The position numbers and the translations under genes are program-made. From NCBI GenBank assembly GCA_963666985.2, contig CAXXIA010000002.1:1536001-1600000 (forward strand): a stretch of DNA of 64,000 bases, written 5' to 3'. This document shows positions 32,351-43,231 of the stretch, in pieces. Origin of the DNA: Spirochaetia bacterium. GTDB lineage: Bacteria > Spirochaetota > Spirochaetia > DSM-2461. The notes under the pieces were generated by a model. That model searched no databases and had not been told where the DNA came from. It saw nothing but the letters and a program-made list of their open reading frames with translations. Every line of letters starts with the position of its first letter. The first letter of the stretch is position 1.

Positions 32351-33217
32351 ATGAATTCGAATAAGATCTACACGGAACTCAAAAGACTCTCGGAGAAACC
32401 CGAACCTTGGTCGGTTTATACCGTTAAGACTCTTTGGAACGATCCTCACATTTCTTCAAAAATGCTTGAGTTCCATCTCGATCCGCTTTCCCATCCCGCC
32501 TCGCGGCCGCATGATTTCATTGCGGCTTCCGCGGACTGGATTGTTAAGGAGTTCCGTCTCGGACCGGGACGGCGCGTCGCCGATTTCGGCTGCGGTCCCG
32601 GTCTTTACACCTCCCGTTTCGCCGCCTCCGGCGCCGAGGTGACGGGCATCGATTTTTCCAGCCGGTCCATTGCCTACGCATCGAAGAAAGCCGCGGCCGA
32701 CGGCCTCGGCATCAACTACATTCTCGGGAACTACCTGGAAACCGTTCCGGAAGGCTCCTTCGACCTGATTACACAAATTTATTGCGATTTCTGCGCTTTA
32801 AGTCCGGACCGCAGGGCCGACCTTCTGAGCTCCTGGCGCAGCATTCTTGCCGACGACGGACGAATCCTCCTGGATGTTTTCACAGCTCCGGCCTACCGGG
32901 ACCGTTCCGAAGGACTTGAGTACGCTCCGAATTTCATGGACGGATTTTGGTCGCCGAACGATTACTTCGGTTTTCGGCACACCTGGAAGTATGAGGAACT
33001 CGGCGTGGTGCTGGATAAGTACGATTTCTTCGAGTCCGACAGAACCTGGTCGGTCTTCAACTGGCTGCAGTATTTCGAAAAAGAAGCGCTGACCGCCGAG
33101 ATAGAAGCGGCAGGACTTAAGGTTCTCGGAACATACGGCGACGTAGCCGGTGCTCCGGTCTCCGAAGACGGCGGAATTCTTGCCGTTGTTATCGGGAAGC
33201 CGGATCAGGATCGTTAA
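32351..33217 (+). CDS. Class I SAM-dependent methyltransferase
   Basis: VADFGCGPG, GIDFS. Confidence 0.9.
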   Translation: MNSNKIYTELKRLSEKPEPWSVYTVKTLWNDPHISSKMLEFHLDPLSHPASRPHDFIAASADWIVKEFRLGPGRRVADFGCGPGLYTSRFAASGAEVTGIDFSSRSIAYASKKAAADGLGINYILGNYLETVPEGSFDLITQIYCDFCALSPDRRADLLSSWRSILADDGRILLDVFTAPAYRDRSEGLEYAPNFMDGFWSPNDYFGFRHTWKYEELGVVLDKYDFFESDRTWSVFNWLQYFEKEALTAEIEAAGLKVLGTYGDVAGAPVSEDGGILAVVIGKPDQDR

Positions 33218-33695
33218 GCGTGAGCACCCAATAACCCACGTCGATCCATCTGTTGAATTTCCGGCCGACTTCGGAAAGTCGGCCGGATTCTTGAAATCCG
33301 AAACGTTCATGCAAACGGCGGCTCGGTTCGTTGGGCAGGGCGATACACGCGACAACTGTGTGAATGCGCCGTTTACGGAGCTCTCTGAGCAGCCTTTCGT
33401 AAAGCGCGTTCCCCACCCCGTGACCGCGGCAATCTTCGCGAATATAAACCGACACTTCCACGGTTTTATCGTAGGCCTTTCTCGAATGCCATCGGGATGC
33501 GTATGCGTACCCCTCAAGTTCATTGTCGTTTTCCATGACGAAGTAAGGATAGTCGGCGGAAATCGATTTAATGCGTCTTTTCATCTCTTCGACAGACGGC
33601 GGTTCGAGTTCAAAAGAAATGTCGGTATTCCGGACATAGGGTGAATAGATGGAAAGGATCGCCGAGGCGTCTTCCGGGACTGCGAAGCGTACCAT
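33189..33695 (-). CDS. GNAT acetyltransferase, phosphinothricin/methionine-sulfoximine type
   Basis: GGAGG then ATG 33695; ISFELEPP, SVYI...RGHGVG, VGRKFNRWIDV. Confidence 0.9.
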   Translation of the reverse strand: MVRFAVPEDASAILSIYSPYVRNTDISFELEPPSVEEMKRRIKSISADYPYFVMENDNELEGYAYASRWHSRKAYDKTVEVSVYIREDCRGHGVGNALYERLLRELRKRRIHTVVACIALPNEPSRRLHERFGFQESGRLSEVGRKFNRWIDVGYWVLTLNDPDPASR

Positions 33696-33771
33696 GCCTC
33701 CGATATTGGTCAAAATCGGCAAAAGGGAAAAGAGGCGGCGATCCCATCCTGCTTACGGCAGGGCCGGATTT

Positions 33772-35241
33772 CTACCTTTTTCCGCTCCGGGCTCTTTGAT
33801 CGGACGTTCTTCCGCCGGAACGAGGGGAAACGGATCCCTTTTTCGAAAAATTTTTCGGCTGACGGTATCCGCCGGAGCCGCCGTTCCTTTCGGAAGACCG
33901 GCCTGAATCGGTGCGCTGTCCGCCGGAGGGCCGCCCGGCCGGCCGTTTTTCATTCAGTTTTCTACTCTGTCCGCCGCTTTTCGGCCCGGAAGTCATCGGA
34001 AACGATTCAAGCGGTTCAAAGCCGGGAATCGTTCGGCGATCCACGGTCTTTCCGATAAGCTTTTCAATATCGCGAAGCTGTTTTATCTCCTCAAGGCAAA
34101 CCAGGGAAAGCGCCGTTCCTTGAGCTCCGGCCCGGCCGGTTCGTCCGATGCGGTGAACATAGTCCTCGGAAACATTCGGCAGATCATAATTTACAACATG
34201 GGAAAGCTGGCTGATATCCAACCCCCGAGCGGCGATGTCGGTAGCCACGAGAATGCGGAGCTTTCCCGATTTAAAGTCGCCGAGGGCCCGGGTTCGGGCG
34301 TTTTGACTCTTATTGCCGTGGATGGCCGTTGCCTGTATACCCGTCTTTTCAAGCTTCTGGGCAATTCGGTTCGCTCCGTGCTTGGTTCGGCTGAACACAA
34401 GAGCCTGATACCAATTTTCCTCATTTATAAGATGAATAAGCAAATCGGTTTTCCGTTCTTTTTCCGTGGGGACAATCCATTGCCGAACGGTATCCACCGT
34501 CGAATTCATGGGCGAGACCGAGATTTCAACCGGATTGTGCAGGATTCCCCTGGCGAGGCTGCGAATCTCGTCGGAGAAGGTCGCGGAAAACATCAGATTC
34601 TGTCTTTTCTCGGGAAGGATGCGTAAAATCTTCCGGATATCGTGGATAAAACCCATATCCAGCATGCGGTCGGCTTCATCCAAAACCAGAATCTCCACGT
34701 GTGATAAATCAACCGCTCCCTGTCCGTGGAGGTCCAAAAGCCGCCCGGGGGTTGCCACTAGAATATCCACTCCGCGGCGGAGTTTTTCAATCTGAGGATT
34801 AATCTTTACACCGCCGAAAACGACCGCCGCCTGAAGCGGAAGATTTCCGCCGTATGTCCGGACGCTCTGTTCCACCTGTGCGGCAAGCTCGCGGGTGGGT
34901 GTGATGATCAGCGCCCGGATGATTCTGTTCCGTGCTTCTCTTTTTCTCACGGAATTGTGATCCGCTCGGCCGCGGGTATCCGATTCCGGATCAGCGATAT
35001 TCCCGGAAAGACGCTGAAGAATAGGCAGGGTGAAACCGGCGGTTTTTCCCGTTCCGGTCTGCGCCGCCGCCATCACGTCCCGACCGTTCAAAATCGGCGG
35101 AACGGCTTGAGCCTGAATCGGTGTGGGATGCTCGTATCCTTGACCGGCAACGGCGTTCAGAAGCGGCATGGATAGACCGAGATGTTCAAAACGGACACCG
35201 GCGGCCCCGTTATGGGAAGAGGAGTTCTGATTGTTCTGCAT
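33772..35241 (-). CDS. rhlE: DEAD-box RNA helicase, RhlE-like
   Basis: Q motif, [31 protein letters not shown], basic tail. Confidence 0.9.
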   Translation of the reverse strand: MQNNQNSSSHNGAAGVRFEHLGLSMPLLNAVAGQGYEHPTPIQAQAVPPILNGRDVMAAAQTGTGKTAGFTLPILQRLSGNIADPESDTRGRADHNSVRKREARNRIIRALIITPTRELAAQVEQSVRTYGGNLPLQAAVVFGGVKINPQIEKLRRGVDILVATPGRLLDLHGQGAVDLSHVEILVLDEADRMLDMGFIHDIRKILRILPEKRQNLMFSATFSDEIRSLARGILHNPVEISVSPMNSTVDTVRQWIVPTEKERKTDLLIHLINEENWYQALVFSRTKHGANRIAQKLEKTGIQATAIHGNKSQNARTRALGDFKSGKLRILVATDIAARGLDISQLSHVVNYDLPNVSEDYVHRIGRTGRAGAQGTALSLVCLEEIKQLRDIEKLIGKTVDRRTIPGFEPLESFPMTSGPKSGGQSRKLNEKRPAGRPSGGQRTDSGRSSERNGGSGGYRQPKNFSKKGSVSPRSGGRTSDQRARSGKR

Positions 35242-35466
35242 GTAAATATGGAAAGCATCGCAGCCGAAGGCGATGCGGTTCTTGTCCTATTGTTTTTATG
35301 GAGCGAAAACTGCGGCTCGCACGGTAAAAGGTGCGAAACGGTCGGCTTGAATCCGCGCCGCACCCTACCACGAATGAAGAGAAGTGGAAAGCCCATTGAA
35401 TTATTAAATCTCGTTATTCGGAGAGGACGTATGAAGTCGGTGTTCGAAAAGCGCCGATAGCGGGAT

Positions 35467-36132
35467 TCACTCGGCTTGCCGAACGAAAGGATCGACAAAA
35501 TGGAAATACTTCAAACAAAACTTAATGACTAAGCCGACACCGAAAGCCGCCAGAACGGTCCCCTCGCGAATACCCAGAATCTTTCCGGAAAAAATCAGCC
35601 CGACGGCCAGACTGATCGCGACGAGAGTGCAGTCATTCATAATCTTAATCTTCCCGAAGTCGGTCTTAACCGCTTCCGCGATTGCCTTAACCATGCCCTC
35701 TCCCGCAACCATCAGAACATTGCCCTTTATTTCAAGGAACATTCCGAAACCGACCATAAAGGTGCTTATACAAAAAAGAATCACCTGCTGAAAATAATTT
35801 CCGGGGGTCAGATCCTTTACAATAATCAGGGCGAGATCGATCACAAGTCCGAGAACAACGGCTACGGCTATCTGCAGAAGCTGATGGAGCTGATAGTTCC
35901 TGCGGTAAATGAAGATCTGCACCAGTACGAAGATAACGTGCATCATCATGGTGTACTGGCCTACGGTGAAAAAATCGTTGGTCAGGTTCAAGACATAGGG
36001 CAGGCAGGAAATGGGGGATATCCCCATGTTGGCCTTTATTGAGAAAGCAACCCCGAAGGACATTATTACCAGTCCGCAGGTTAATATCAAATATCGGTGA
36101 ATATAATTGCGTAAAGTGTTGTCGAGTGTCAT
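35467..36132 (-). CDS. YczE/YyaS/YitT family membrane protein
   Basis: GISPISCLPYV, GIREGTVL, multiple TM segments. Confidence 0.85.
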   Translation of the reverse strand: MTLDNTLRNYIHRYLILTCGLVIMSFGVAFSIKANMGISPISCLPYVLNLTNDFFTVGQYTMMMHVIFVLVQIFIYRRNYQLHQLLQIAVAVVLGLVIDLALIIVKDLTPGNYFQQVILFCISTFMVGFGMFLEIKGNVLMVAGEGMVKAIAEAVKTDFGKIKIMNDCTLVAISLAVGLIFSGKILGIREGTVLAAFGVGLVIKFCLKYFHFVDPFVRQAE

Positions 36133-36252
36133 AAATTCTTCTCCGGAAGGGGAATGGTATTCTTCTTTTTTTAATTATGGAAGGCACCGCGGCCGAAGAT
36201 GATGCGCCTCCCATCGACGTGCCGTTTTGGAACGGAGTAGTATTTCCGGGTT

Positions 36253-37147
36253 ATGAAAAACGCTCGGGATCACAAAAACCGAAGACGCCTGCCGGCATTT
36301 TTGATACCGATCGCGGCCGTTATCCTTCTTGCGGCCGGCCGCCGGTATTGGAATCAAGAACTTCACGGCCTCTCTTTATGAACCGGCTCCCGTTCCCCCC
36401 GCGGAAGGGACGAAACACACCGTTCTGTGTCTGGGCGACAGCCTGACCCGCGGGAACTGCAGCGCGAGCTATACCGAGGAACTCTCCACGCGTTTCGAGA
36501 AAAGCGGAATCCGCGTGGTGAACGGCGGTATTAACGGCGACATGGTTCATGATGTTCTGGCGCGTTTGAACGGCGTATTGGCGGCCGCTCCTTCACCCGA
36601 TGCAATCACGATTCTCATCGGAACCAACGACGCCAATTCCACTTTGGATCCGAATGTCGCTCAAAGGGCCCTTGAAAACCCCGCGGCGGGGAGGATTCCG
36701 GTGGAACCCGTGTACAGAGCCTTGTACGCGGAACTGATCGAAAGACTCAAGAAAGATACCGATGCTCCGATTATCCTTATTTCCATTCCGCCCATCGGCG
36801 AAGTGCCCGGCAGCGCCGAATGGAACCGATCCGCGGAATACGCCGCGGCCGTTCGGGAAATCGCAGCGGCCGAAAGCTGCGACTATGTTCCCTTCTTCGA
36901 GATGCTTTCGGCCCGTATTCTGGAAAATCCGCCCAACCCCGAGTCGTTTCCGAATCATGAAGAATGGTCCAAGGGGATGCGGTCGGCCGTCTTACGAAGG
37001 CATGTTCTGGGCGAGGATTACGATACGATCGGAGCCGTCCGCGGCTATCGTTATCACTCGGATCAGCTTCATCTGAACGAAGATGCGATTCTCATCCTCG
37101 CCGATGCGCTGGAACCGGTTATCCGCAAGGCGATCGCGGCGAAGTAA
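36253..37147 (+). CDS. SGNH/GDSL hydrolase, with a frameshift near 36337
   Basis: GDSLT, GING, GTND, DQLH blocks. The hydrophobic N-terminus from ATG 36253 is in another frame. Confidence 0.8.
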
Positions 37148-37205
37148 GAACCGGCCGGGGGAAAGCGCCCCTTGACCGCAAGCCCGATGCGGATGATTTT
37201 TTAAT

Positions 37206-37234
37206 TTGCCAACGGCGCTTCAGCCCTCTACCAT
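37206..37234 (+). promoter_or_regulatory. Sigma70-type promoter, leaderless geometry
   Basis: TTGCCA-17-TACCAT, 6 nt before ATG 37241, no SD. Confidence 0.55.
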
Positions 37235-37240
37235 CAAGCA

Positions 37241-38674
37241 ATGGACAAACTGCGGACTCGTACAAAAATCATCTTCGGTTCCGCCGACCTCTTCGGCGGC
37301 GGCGCTTTCAATCTTATCGGATTCTATTATCTGATTTTCCTAACCGACGTTCTCCAGATTTCCCCGGCCTTGGCAGGCTTGGTGGTTTCGGTCAGCAAAC
37401 TTTGGGATGCCGTTTCCGACCCGCTCATGGGCGTTCTAACCGACAGAACGCGAACCCGAATCGGCCGGCGACGGCCCTATTTTTTCGCCGCCGTCTTAAC
37501 GGTTTTCATCGCCGTGTTCGTCCTCTGGTATCCGGCGGATTTCGCCGCGGAATCCTCACGGTTCGCTTATGCCATCATTTCCTACCTCATTTTTTCCACG
37601 GTAAGCACGTCGGTGATGATTCCCTACCTCTCCATGCAGCCGGAGCTTACGCCGGACTACCAGGAGAGAACCTCCCTGAACGTCTTTAAAATGTCTTTCT
37701 CCTTCCTCGGAGGCATCATCGCGGCCCTGGTTCCGATGCGCATCATCGGGGCTTTCCAAGATATCCGTGAGGGATGGACCGCGATGGCCCTTATCTTCGC
37801 CGTATTCTATGCTCTGCCGTGGTTGGGACTCGCGCTGCACCTTAAGGAACGCGACAACCGGTCGGATCCGAAGCCGCCGAAATTCAGCGTTTCGGATTTC
37901 ATCGCGCCGCTGAAAATCCGCACCTTCCGCATTCTCATCGGCATCTACCTCGGCGCTTTTCTCACCATGGATATCATGTCCGCGGTCATTGCCTATTTCA
38001 TGACCTATGTGTACGGCCGTCCCGATCAGCTGAGCACCCTCTTGGGATCTTTGATTATCAGCCAGCTTATCTTCCTCCCCGTTATCGGCCGGCTGACCAA
38101 ACGCTGGGACAAGAACCGAATCCTCATTGTCTGCGCCGCCGTTTGGATTGTTTCTGTTTCCATCATCGCCTTTATGCCCGCAAGTGCGCCGATGGGTGTG
38201 CTGATCGCTCTGGCCGTCGTGACCGGTTTCGGCGTTTGCGGTTCCATGGTACTTCCCTGGACCATGTACCCGGATACGACGGACATCGGCCGACTCACAA
38301 CGGGCCGCGACGGAGCGGGCAGTTTCAGCGGCCTGATGACCTTCTTCCGTAAAGCGGCCCAGGCACTCGCTCTTTTCCTTGTCGGGTTCTTTCTGCAGAT
38401 GGCCGGATACGTCAAACCGATTCGAACCGTCGTGGACGGAGTCACCAAAAATACCAATCAGCCTCAGGGCGATACGGTTCTGCTGACCATCCGCATCCTT
38501 CTCTGCCTGATGCCGGCTTTGATGCTCATCCTCGTCATTTTTCTCAGCCGCCGTTATCCGCTTGGCCGGGAAGCTCATGGCCGCTTGAAAGCGTTCCTTG
38601 AGAAACGGGCCGAGAGGACTGTTGATGAAGCCGACGCCGCTGAAGAACAGGCGCTCCGGGAAATGCTGGTCTGA
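37241..38674 (+). CDS. Glycoside-pentoside-hexuronide (GPH):cation symporter, MFS
   Basis: WDAVSDPLMGVLTDRTRTRIGRRRPY, ELTPDYQERTSL. Confidence 0.93.
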   Translation: MDKLRTRTKIIFGSADLFGGGAFNLIGFYYLIFLTDVLQISPALAGLVVSVSKLWDAVSDPLMGVLTDRTRTRIGRRRPYFFAAVLTVFIAVFVLWYPADFAAESSRFAYAIISYLIFSTVSTSVMIPYLSMQPELTPDYQERTSLNVFKMSFSFLGGIIAALVPMRIIGAFQDIREGWTAMALIFAVFYALPWLGLALHLKERDNRSDPKPPKFSVSDFIAPLKIRTFRILIGIYLGAFLTMDIMSAVIAYFMTYVYGRPDQLSTLLGSLIISQLIFLPVIGRLTKRWDKNRILIVCAAVWIVSVSIIAFMPASAPMGVLIALAVVTGFGVCGSMVLPWTMYPDTTDIGRLTTGRDGAGSFSGLMTFFRKAAQALALFLVGFFLQMAGYVKPIRTVVDGVTKNTNQPQGDTVLLTIRILLCLMPALMLILVIFLSRRYPLGREAHGRLKAFLEKRAERTVDEADAAEEQALREMLV

Positions 38675-41019
38675 TGCCCGCTCTCGCCGTCATTCTTATC
38701 ATCGCCGCGGTTCTCATTCTTCTTCCGGCTCTTGCGGTACTTCTGCTTTTTTACCCGCTTCGGCGGCTGAATCCAAACCGTGTTCCGAATACCGTCGGAG
38801 AAGATATAGTCGGCGCCGTGCCCTATTCGGTTGAAACAACGGGCGGCATTCCCTGGCTTTCGGTAAACGGAATGCCTTATCCGGGTTCTTTTGCCCGGAC
38901 CGATCGCCGCCGCTTTTCCCTGAACGGTGCCTGGCTTCTTCGGGAAGATCCCGAAGACCGCGGTACGGCCGAAGGCTGGTTTGCGGCCGATCTTTGGACC
39001 ATTCGCGCCGCGGCGAATGAAGCCCGCGGTATAAACACGACCGCGGCGGATGCCGCCGCCGGAATAAGCGCCGCCGATGCCGCCGGCCTTGGCGGCGCGG
39101 AATGGAAAGCCGTTACCGTACCCTCAGCCTACAATCCCGCCGCGGGGAATCATACCGACTATCTCGGATCGCTCTGGTACAGAAAACCATTTACGGCCGC
39201 GGAACTCGGCGTAAGCGCCGCGCCGCAAAAACGGCGGCTCCGCCTCTGCTTCGAAGGCATCCTCCTTCGGGGAAATGTTTGGCTGAACGGTGAAAAACTC
39301 GGCTCTTTCGAAGGCGGCTACACGCCGCTGTTTTTCGATATCACGGAGAGAATCGCCGAAGAAAACACCCTGACGGTCCGATGCGACAACCGGCTCACCC
39401 TCGATTCCCTTCCGCCGCACCTGCTTGAGGGTCACAAACCCGGATGGCATACCTACGCCGGAGTCTACAGATCGGTTTTCATTGAGGAACTGCCGGAAAC
39501 ATCCGTGGTAAAAGCGCAGATTCGGACACGGTTCGACGAATCGGGCGGCGGCTCCATGACCGTTCAGGTTCTGGGGTGGTCCGCTCAACCCGGCGGCCAA
39601 AGCGATGGGAACGCGGGGCAAGCGCCGTCACAGGGCAACGGCGGCCTTACCGGAAACACATCGGCCGGGCCGAACGCACAGAACGCGCAAAATGCCGACC
39701 TCCGTGCAAATAAGGCAACCGCGCCGAACGGACAATACGCAAACGCCGCAAGTACCGCTGCTCCGCTCCTTCGTTTTACCCTGAAAGACCCCGACGGAAA
39801 CATCGTCGGTGAAAACACTCCCGATTCCTCCGGCATAAACGGCCCCGGAGGTACAACAGCCTGGAAGGCCGAATTTCCGCTGAAGGACATCCTCCGATGG
39901 ACGCCGACTCCGGAAAAACAAACTCTCTACGAACTCAATGTGGAACTGTGCCGGGGCGGAGATGTCGACCGTGTCGTTCTGAAACCGGGACTCCGGGAAT
40001 TTTCCGCAGAAAAAGATGAATTGCGCCTGAACGGAGACCCCATTTTTCTCAAAGGAATCGGCCGGCACGAGGATCATCCCGAGTACGGCGCCACTCAGCC
40101 GCCGGAAGTCATCGCCGACGACATCAAACTCATCACCGGTATGAACGCCAACTACGTGCGGCTGACGCATTACCCTCATTGCCGGGAAGAACTCGACTCT
40201 TTGTCCGCCGAGGGACTTCTTTTCAGTGAAGAGATTCCCCTTTACCAGGCGGGTATGGGATTTACGGCCTGGGTTCAGGAAAAACGTCCGCTCCGGGAAT
40301 TCCCGCTCGGTACCTTCGGCCTCCGTCAGCTTGCCCGCCGGGGGCTGCTGGCCAACGCCCGCCGTCAGCTGATTGAAATGATTGAACGGGACAGACATTC
40401 CCCGGCGCTCCTCTTCTGGAGTCTGGCGAATGAATGCTACACGCTGGGAAACCGTTCCGCCCGAATCTACTCCTGGCTCGCGCGGACGGCGAAGCTTTTC
40501 GATCCGGAGCGGCCGGTCACGGTCGTGGAAGCCACGTATGCGCGATTGGGACTGGACGGCCTGCGCCGAGGCTGGAGAGCCGCCGATATCCTGTCGGTCA
40601 ATTCGTACTACGGCTGGTACTTCGGCAGCATTGAAGACGTTCCCGGCTACCTGGACGGATTACGGCGCCGCTGGCCCGGCCATCCCTTCCTGCTCTCGGA
40701 ATTCGGCGCGGGCGCGGCGCCGGGAAGAAGCGACGCCGACGGAGAATGGCGGGGTGAACGCATTGAAATAAAGCAAACCTATTCCGAGGAATACCAGGAA
40801 CGGGTTTTAAAGGCTTATTGGCTTGCGGCGAAGGAACGCCCTTGGGTGGCCGGATATACTCCCTGGGTTTTCGCCGATTTCTACAACATCTGGTTCCCCG
40901 GAAATCCGGTGCCCAACTACAACCTGAAGGGCGTGGTTTCCCGGGAGAGAAAGCCGAAGAAATCCTGGTACGCGCTTAAAGAATTGTACAAAGAAAAACG
41001 GGAGAAGACGAATGGGTGA
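38674..41019 (+). CDS. GH2 glycoside hydrolase, probable beta-glucuronidase with N-terminal membrane anchor
   Basis: RLTHYP, WSLANE (acid/base), YYGWY, SEFGA (nucleophile), NLKG (NxKG glucuronidase motif). Confidence 0.85.
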   Translation: MPALAVILIIAAVLILLPALAVLLLFYPLRRLNPNRVPNTVGEDIVGAVPYSVETTGGIPWLSVNGMPYPGSFARTDRRRFSLNGAWLLREDPEDRGTAEGWFAADLWTIRAAANEARGINTTAADAAAGISAADAAGLGGAEWKAVTVPSAYNPAAGNHTDYLGSLWYRKPFTAAELGVSAAPQKRRLRLCFEGILLRGNVWLNGEKLGSFEGGYTPLFFDITERIAEENTLTVRCDNRLTLDSLPPHLLEGHKPGWHTYAGVYRSVFIEELPETSVVKAQIRTRFDESGGGSMTVQVLGWSAQPGGQSDGNAGQAPSQGNGGLTGNTSAGPNAQNAQNADLRANKATAPNGQYANAASTAAPLLRFTLKDPDGNIVGENTPDSSGINGPGGTTAWKAEFPLKDILRWTPTPEKQTLYELNVELCRGGDVDRVVLKPGLREFSAEKDELRLNGDPIFLKGIGRHEDHPEYGATQPPEVIADDIKLITGMNANYVRLTHYPHCREELDSLSAEGLLFSEEIPLYQAGMGFTAWVQEKRPLREFPLGTFGLRQLARRGLLANARRQLIEMIERDRHSPALLFWSLANECYTLGNRSARIYSWLARTAKLFDPERPVTVVEATYARLGLDGLRRGWRAADILSVNSYYGWYFGSIEDVPGYLDGLRRRWPGHPFLLSEFGAGAAPGRSDADGEWRGERIEIKQTYSEEYQERVLKAYWLAAKERPWVAGYTPWVFADFYNIWFPGNPVPNYNLKGVVSRERKPKKSWYALKELYKEKREKTNG

Positions 41020-42016
41020 CTCCTTCGATTTCCGTCCTTTCGAATCTATGTATGAAGAATGGGAGGAAGGATTCCGCTCCGGGAACAATCCGGGAGAGTT
41101 CAGCTACCGCCGCGGCGGCCCGACCAGTCTGTACGGAAGTGCGGACATGGTGTTCAATCGATACATTCTCGGCCGAATGCCGAACGGGGACGGCGGAATC
41201 GCTTGGGCTTCGGTGATCAACAGGTTTCAAAACCCCAAAACCGGCTGGTACAAAAAGCGCTACACGTTCCACTTCCGCTCTCATACCGCCGCGTACGCCG
41301 TCGCCGCGCTCAGGCTCCTCGGCCACGCCCCCGCCCATCCGGTCCGGAAAGCCGAACGCGCGGCCCGCAGCCGCCGGTCGGTGGAACGATGGCTCACCCG
41401 CGTACCCTGGTCGATTATCTGGCCGGGCTCGCACGAGGTGGCGGGAATCCCGGCGATTCGCCTGATGACGGGGCAACCGGGAGATGGAACGGAAGAGTTC
41501 CTGGAAAACTGGAAAAGCTGGCTTGATGCGCGCGTCCATCCCGAAACCGGATTCTGGTCCCGGGGACTCATGCAGAAACTGAAACTCCGGGGCACGCTGA
41601 CCAAGGAAGAAATGGGCGGCGCGTTCCACATGTATTTTATTTACGAAGCGATGGGCCGGCCCTGGCCGCTTCCGGAAAAAATCGTCGACGCGACGCTCAG
41701 TCTGCAAAACGAAAACGGATTCTGGGACAAGGATGTATCCTACTGCATCGACCTGGACGGCATCTACTGCCTGACGCGCAGCAGCCGGAACGCCGGAAGA
41801 TACCGGGCCAAGGATGTCGAGGCCGCCTGCAGGCGCTATCTGAAACGGGCCGAAGCCACCCTCAACGACCGCGCGTTCCTTTTCGGGCGCTACGATAACT
41901 CGCACCGGCTGCCCGGGGCACTGGCAGCCGTGGCCGAATGCGCCCTTTTTTATCCGGATATGGTTAAGAGCATGACCCCCTGGCGCCAATCCCTGGATGC
42001 CGCCTGTTTTATCTGA
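41012..42016 (+). CDS. Hypothetical protein with QW/prenyltransferase-like repeats
   Basis: FQNPKTGWY, VHPETGFW, LQNENGFW; overlaps the GH2 stop codon. Confidence 0.7.
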   Translation: MGDSFDFRPFESMYEEWEEGFRSGNNPGEFSYRRGGPTSLYGSADMVFNRYILGRMPNGDGGIAWASVINRFQNPKTGWYKKRYTFHFRSHTAAYAVAALRLLGHAPAHPVRKAERAARSRRSVERWLTRVPWSIIWPGSHEVAGIPAIRLMTGQPGDGTEEFLENWKSWLDARVHPETGFWSRGLMQKLKLRGTLTKEEMGGAFHMYFIYEAMGRPWPLPEKIVDATLSLQNENGFWDKDVSYCIDLDGIYCLTRSSRNAGRYRAKDVEAACRRYLKRAEATLNDRAFLFGRYDNSHRLPGALAAVAECALFYPDMVKSMTPWRQSLDAACFI

Positions 42017-42318
42017 AGAGGCCGTACCCGGCACGGGGGAGAGAGCCCACCGGCAAGACTGCGGCGACCGGCCGTCTGAAAGCGCCTATGCGCGCCGCCC
42101 GGCCAATGCGGTGCACGAAGCGATGCTCCGATAATACCGGCTGAGTAAGGCGACATCCCCGCCGCTTTTCTCATGCGCCCTCCAAAGCGGCGGCGCTCCG
42201 GTAACACCGACAGCGGAATTTGCTCAAAGCACCTCCGCCGCCTATTCACACACACCCGACACCCATTAAACGGCGCACCGCTGTCATCCGGAACCGCTCA
42301 CATGCTATAACGAACACC

Positions 42319-43116
42319 ATGCCGAATCTTGATCATCCCGTAACCTGGCTCGTCATAGTCTGCGGCGGACTTTTGGCAGGATTCATCGACAGCATCGCCG
42401 GCGGCGGCGGTCTCATTACACTTCCGGTCCTGCTCGCCGCGGGGCTCCCGCCGCACCTGGCTCTTGGAACCAACAAAGTCCAATCGGTCTTCGGCAGTGG
42501 AACAGCGGCATGGAGATACGGCAAGAAAGGCCTCATCCGCTGGAAAATCGTCTGGCCGGGAGTCGCTATGAGTTTAATCGCGGCCGCCGCCGGTGCCTGG
42601 ACGGTTCGGAGAATTAATGCGACGCATCTGGAAAGAATTCTCCCCTTTATACTTGCGGCTCTACTTGCGGCTCTTTGGTTCTACGTAGCGCTTAAAAGGG
42701 ATCTGGGTGACTCCGCGAGCCGTTCGAGGATGCCGCTGCGGCTGTTTTATCCTATGGCAGGCGGCCTGTTCGGATTCTATGACGGTTTCCTGGGCCCCGG
42801 TACCGGATCGTTCTGGACCGTCTCGCAGGTAACCCTGGCGGGCATGGACCTCAAACAAGCGACAGCCGCCACCAAACCGTCGAATTTCGCCAGCAATCTG
42901 GGTGCCCTTATCTTCTTCTTTCTCGCGGGTCAAACTGTAATATATGTAGGACTTGTCATGGCGGCCGGACAAATCGCCGGTGCCTGGCTGGGCTCCCACC
43001 TGGTCATCAAACACAAACCGGGGTTTATCCGCCCCTTCTTCCTGCTCGCAACAGCCGCAATAATTCTGAAGCTGCTCTGGGATCAATATGGAAGGAACCT
43101 CGCCGAATCGTTCTAA
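42319..43116 (+). CDS. TSUP (TauE/SafE, YfcA-like) transporter
   Basis: GFIDSIAGGGGLI, ALGTNK, GFYDGFLGPGTGSF. Confidence 0.92.
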   Translation: MPNLDHPVTWLVIVCGGLLAGFIDSIAGGGGLITLPVLLAAGLPPHLALGTNKVQSVFGSGTAAWRYGKKGLIRWKIVWPGVAMSLIAAAAGAWTVRRINATHLERILPFILAALLAALWFYVALKRDLGDSASRSRMPLRLFYPMAGGLFGFYDGFLGPGTGSFWTVSQVTLAGMDLKQATAATKPSNFASNLGALIFFFLAGQTVIYVGLVMAAGQIAGAWLGSHLVIKHKPGFIRPFFLLATAAIILKLLWDQYGRNLAESF

Positions 43117-43231
43117 AGAGAAAACCTTAGTGTCGATCTTCAGATGACGGCTTCGGTAACGGGATCGGCTTCAAAAATTGCGCGGCCGATCTTCAACAGC
43201 CTACAACCGTAAAACAGCGCAGATCGCTCCG

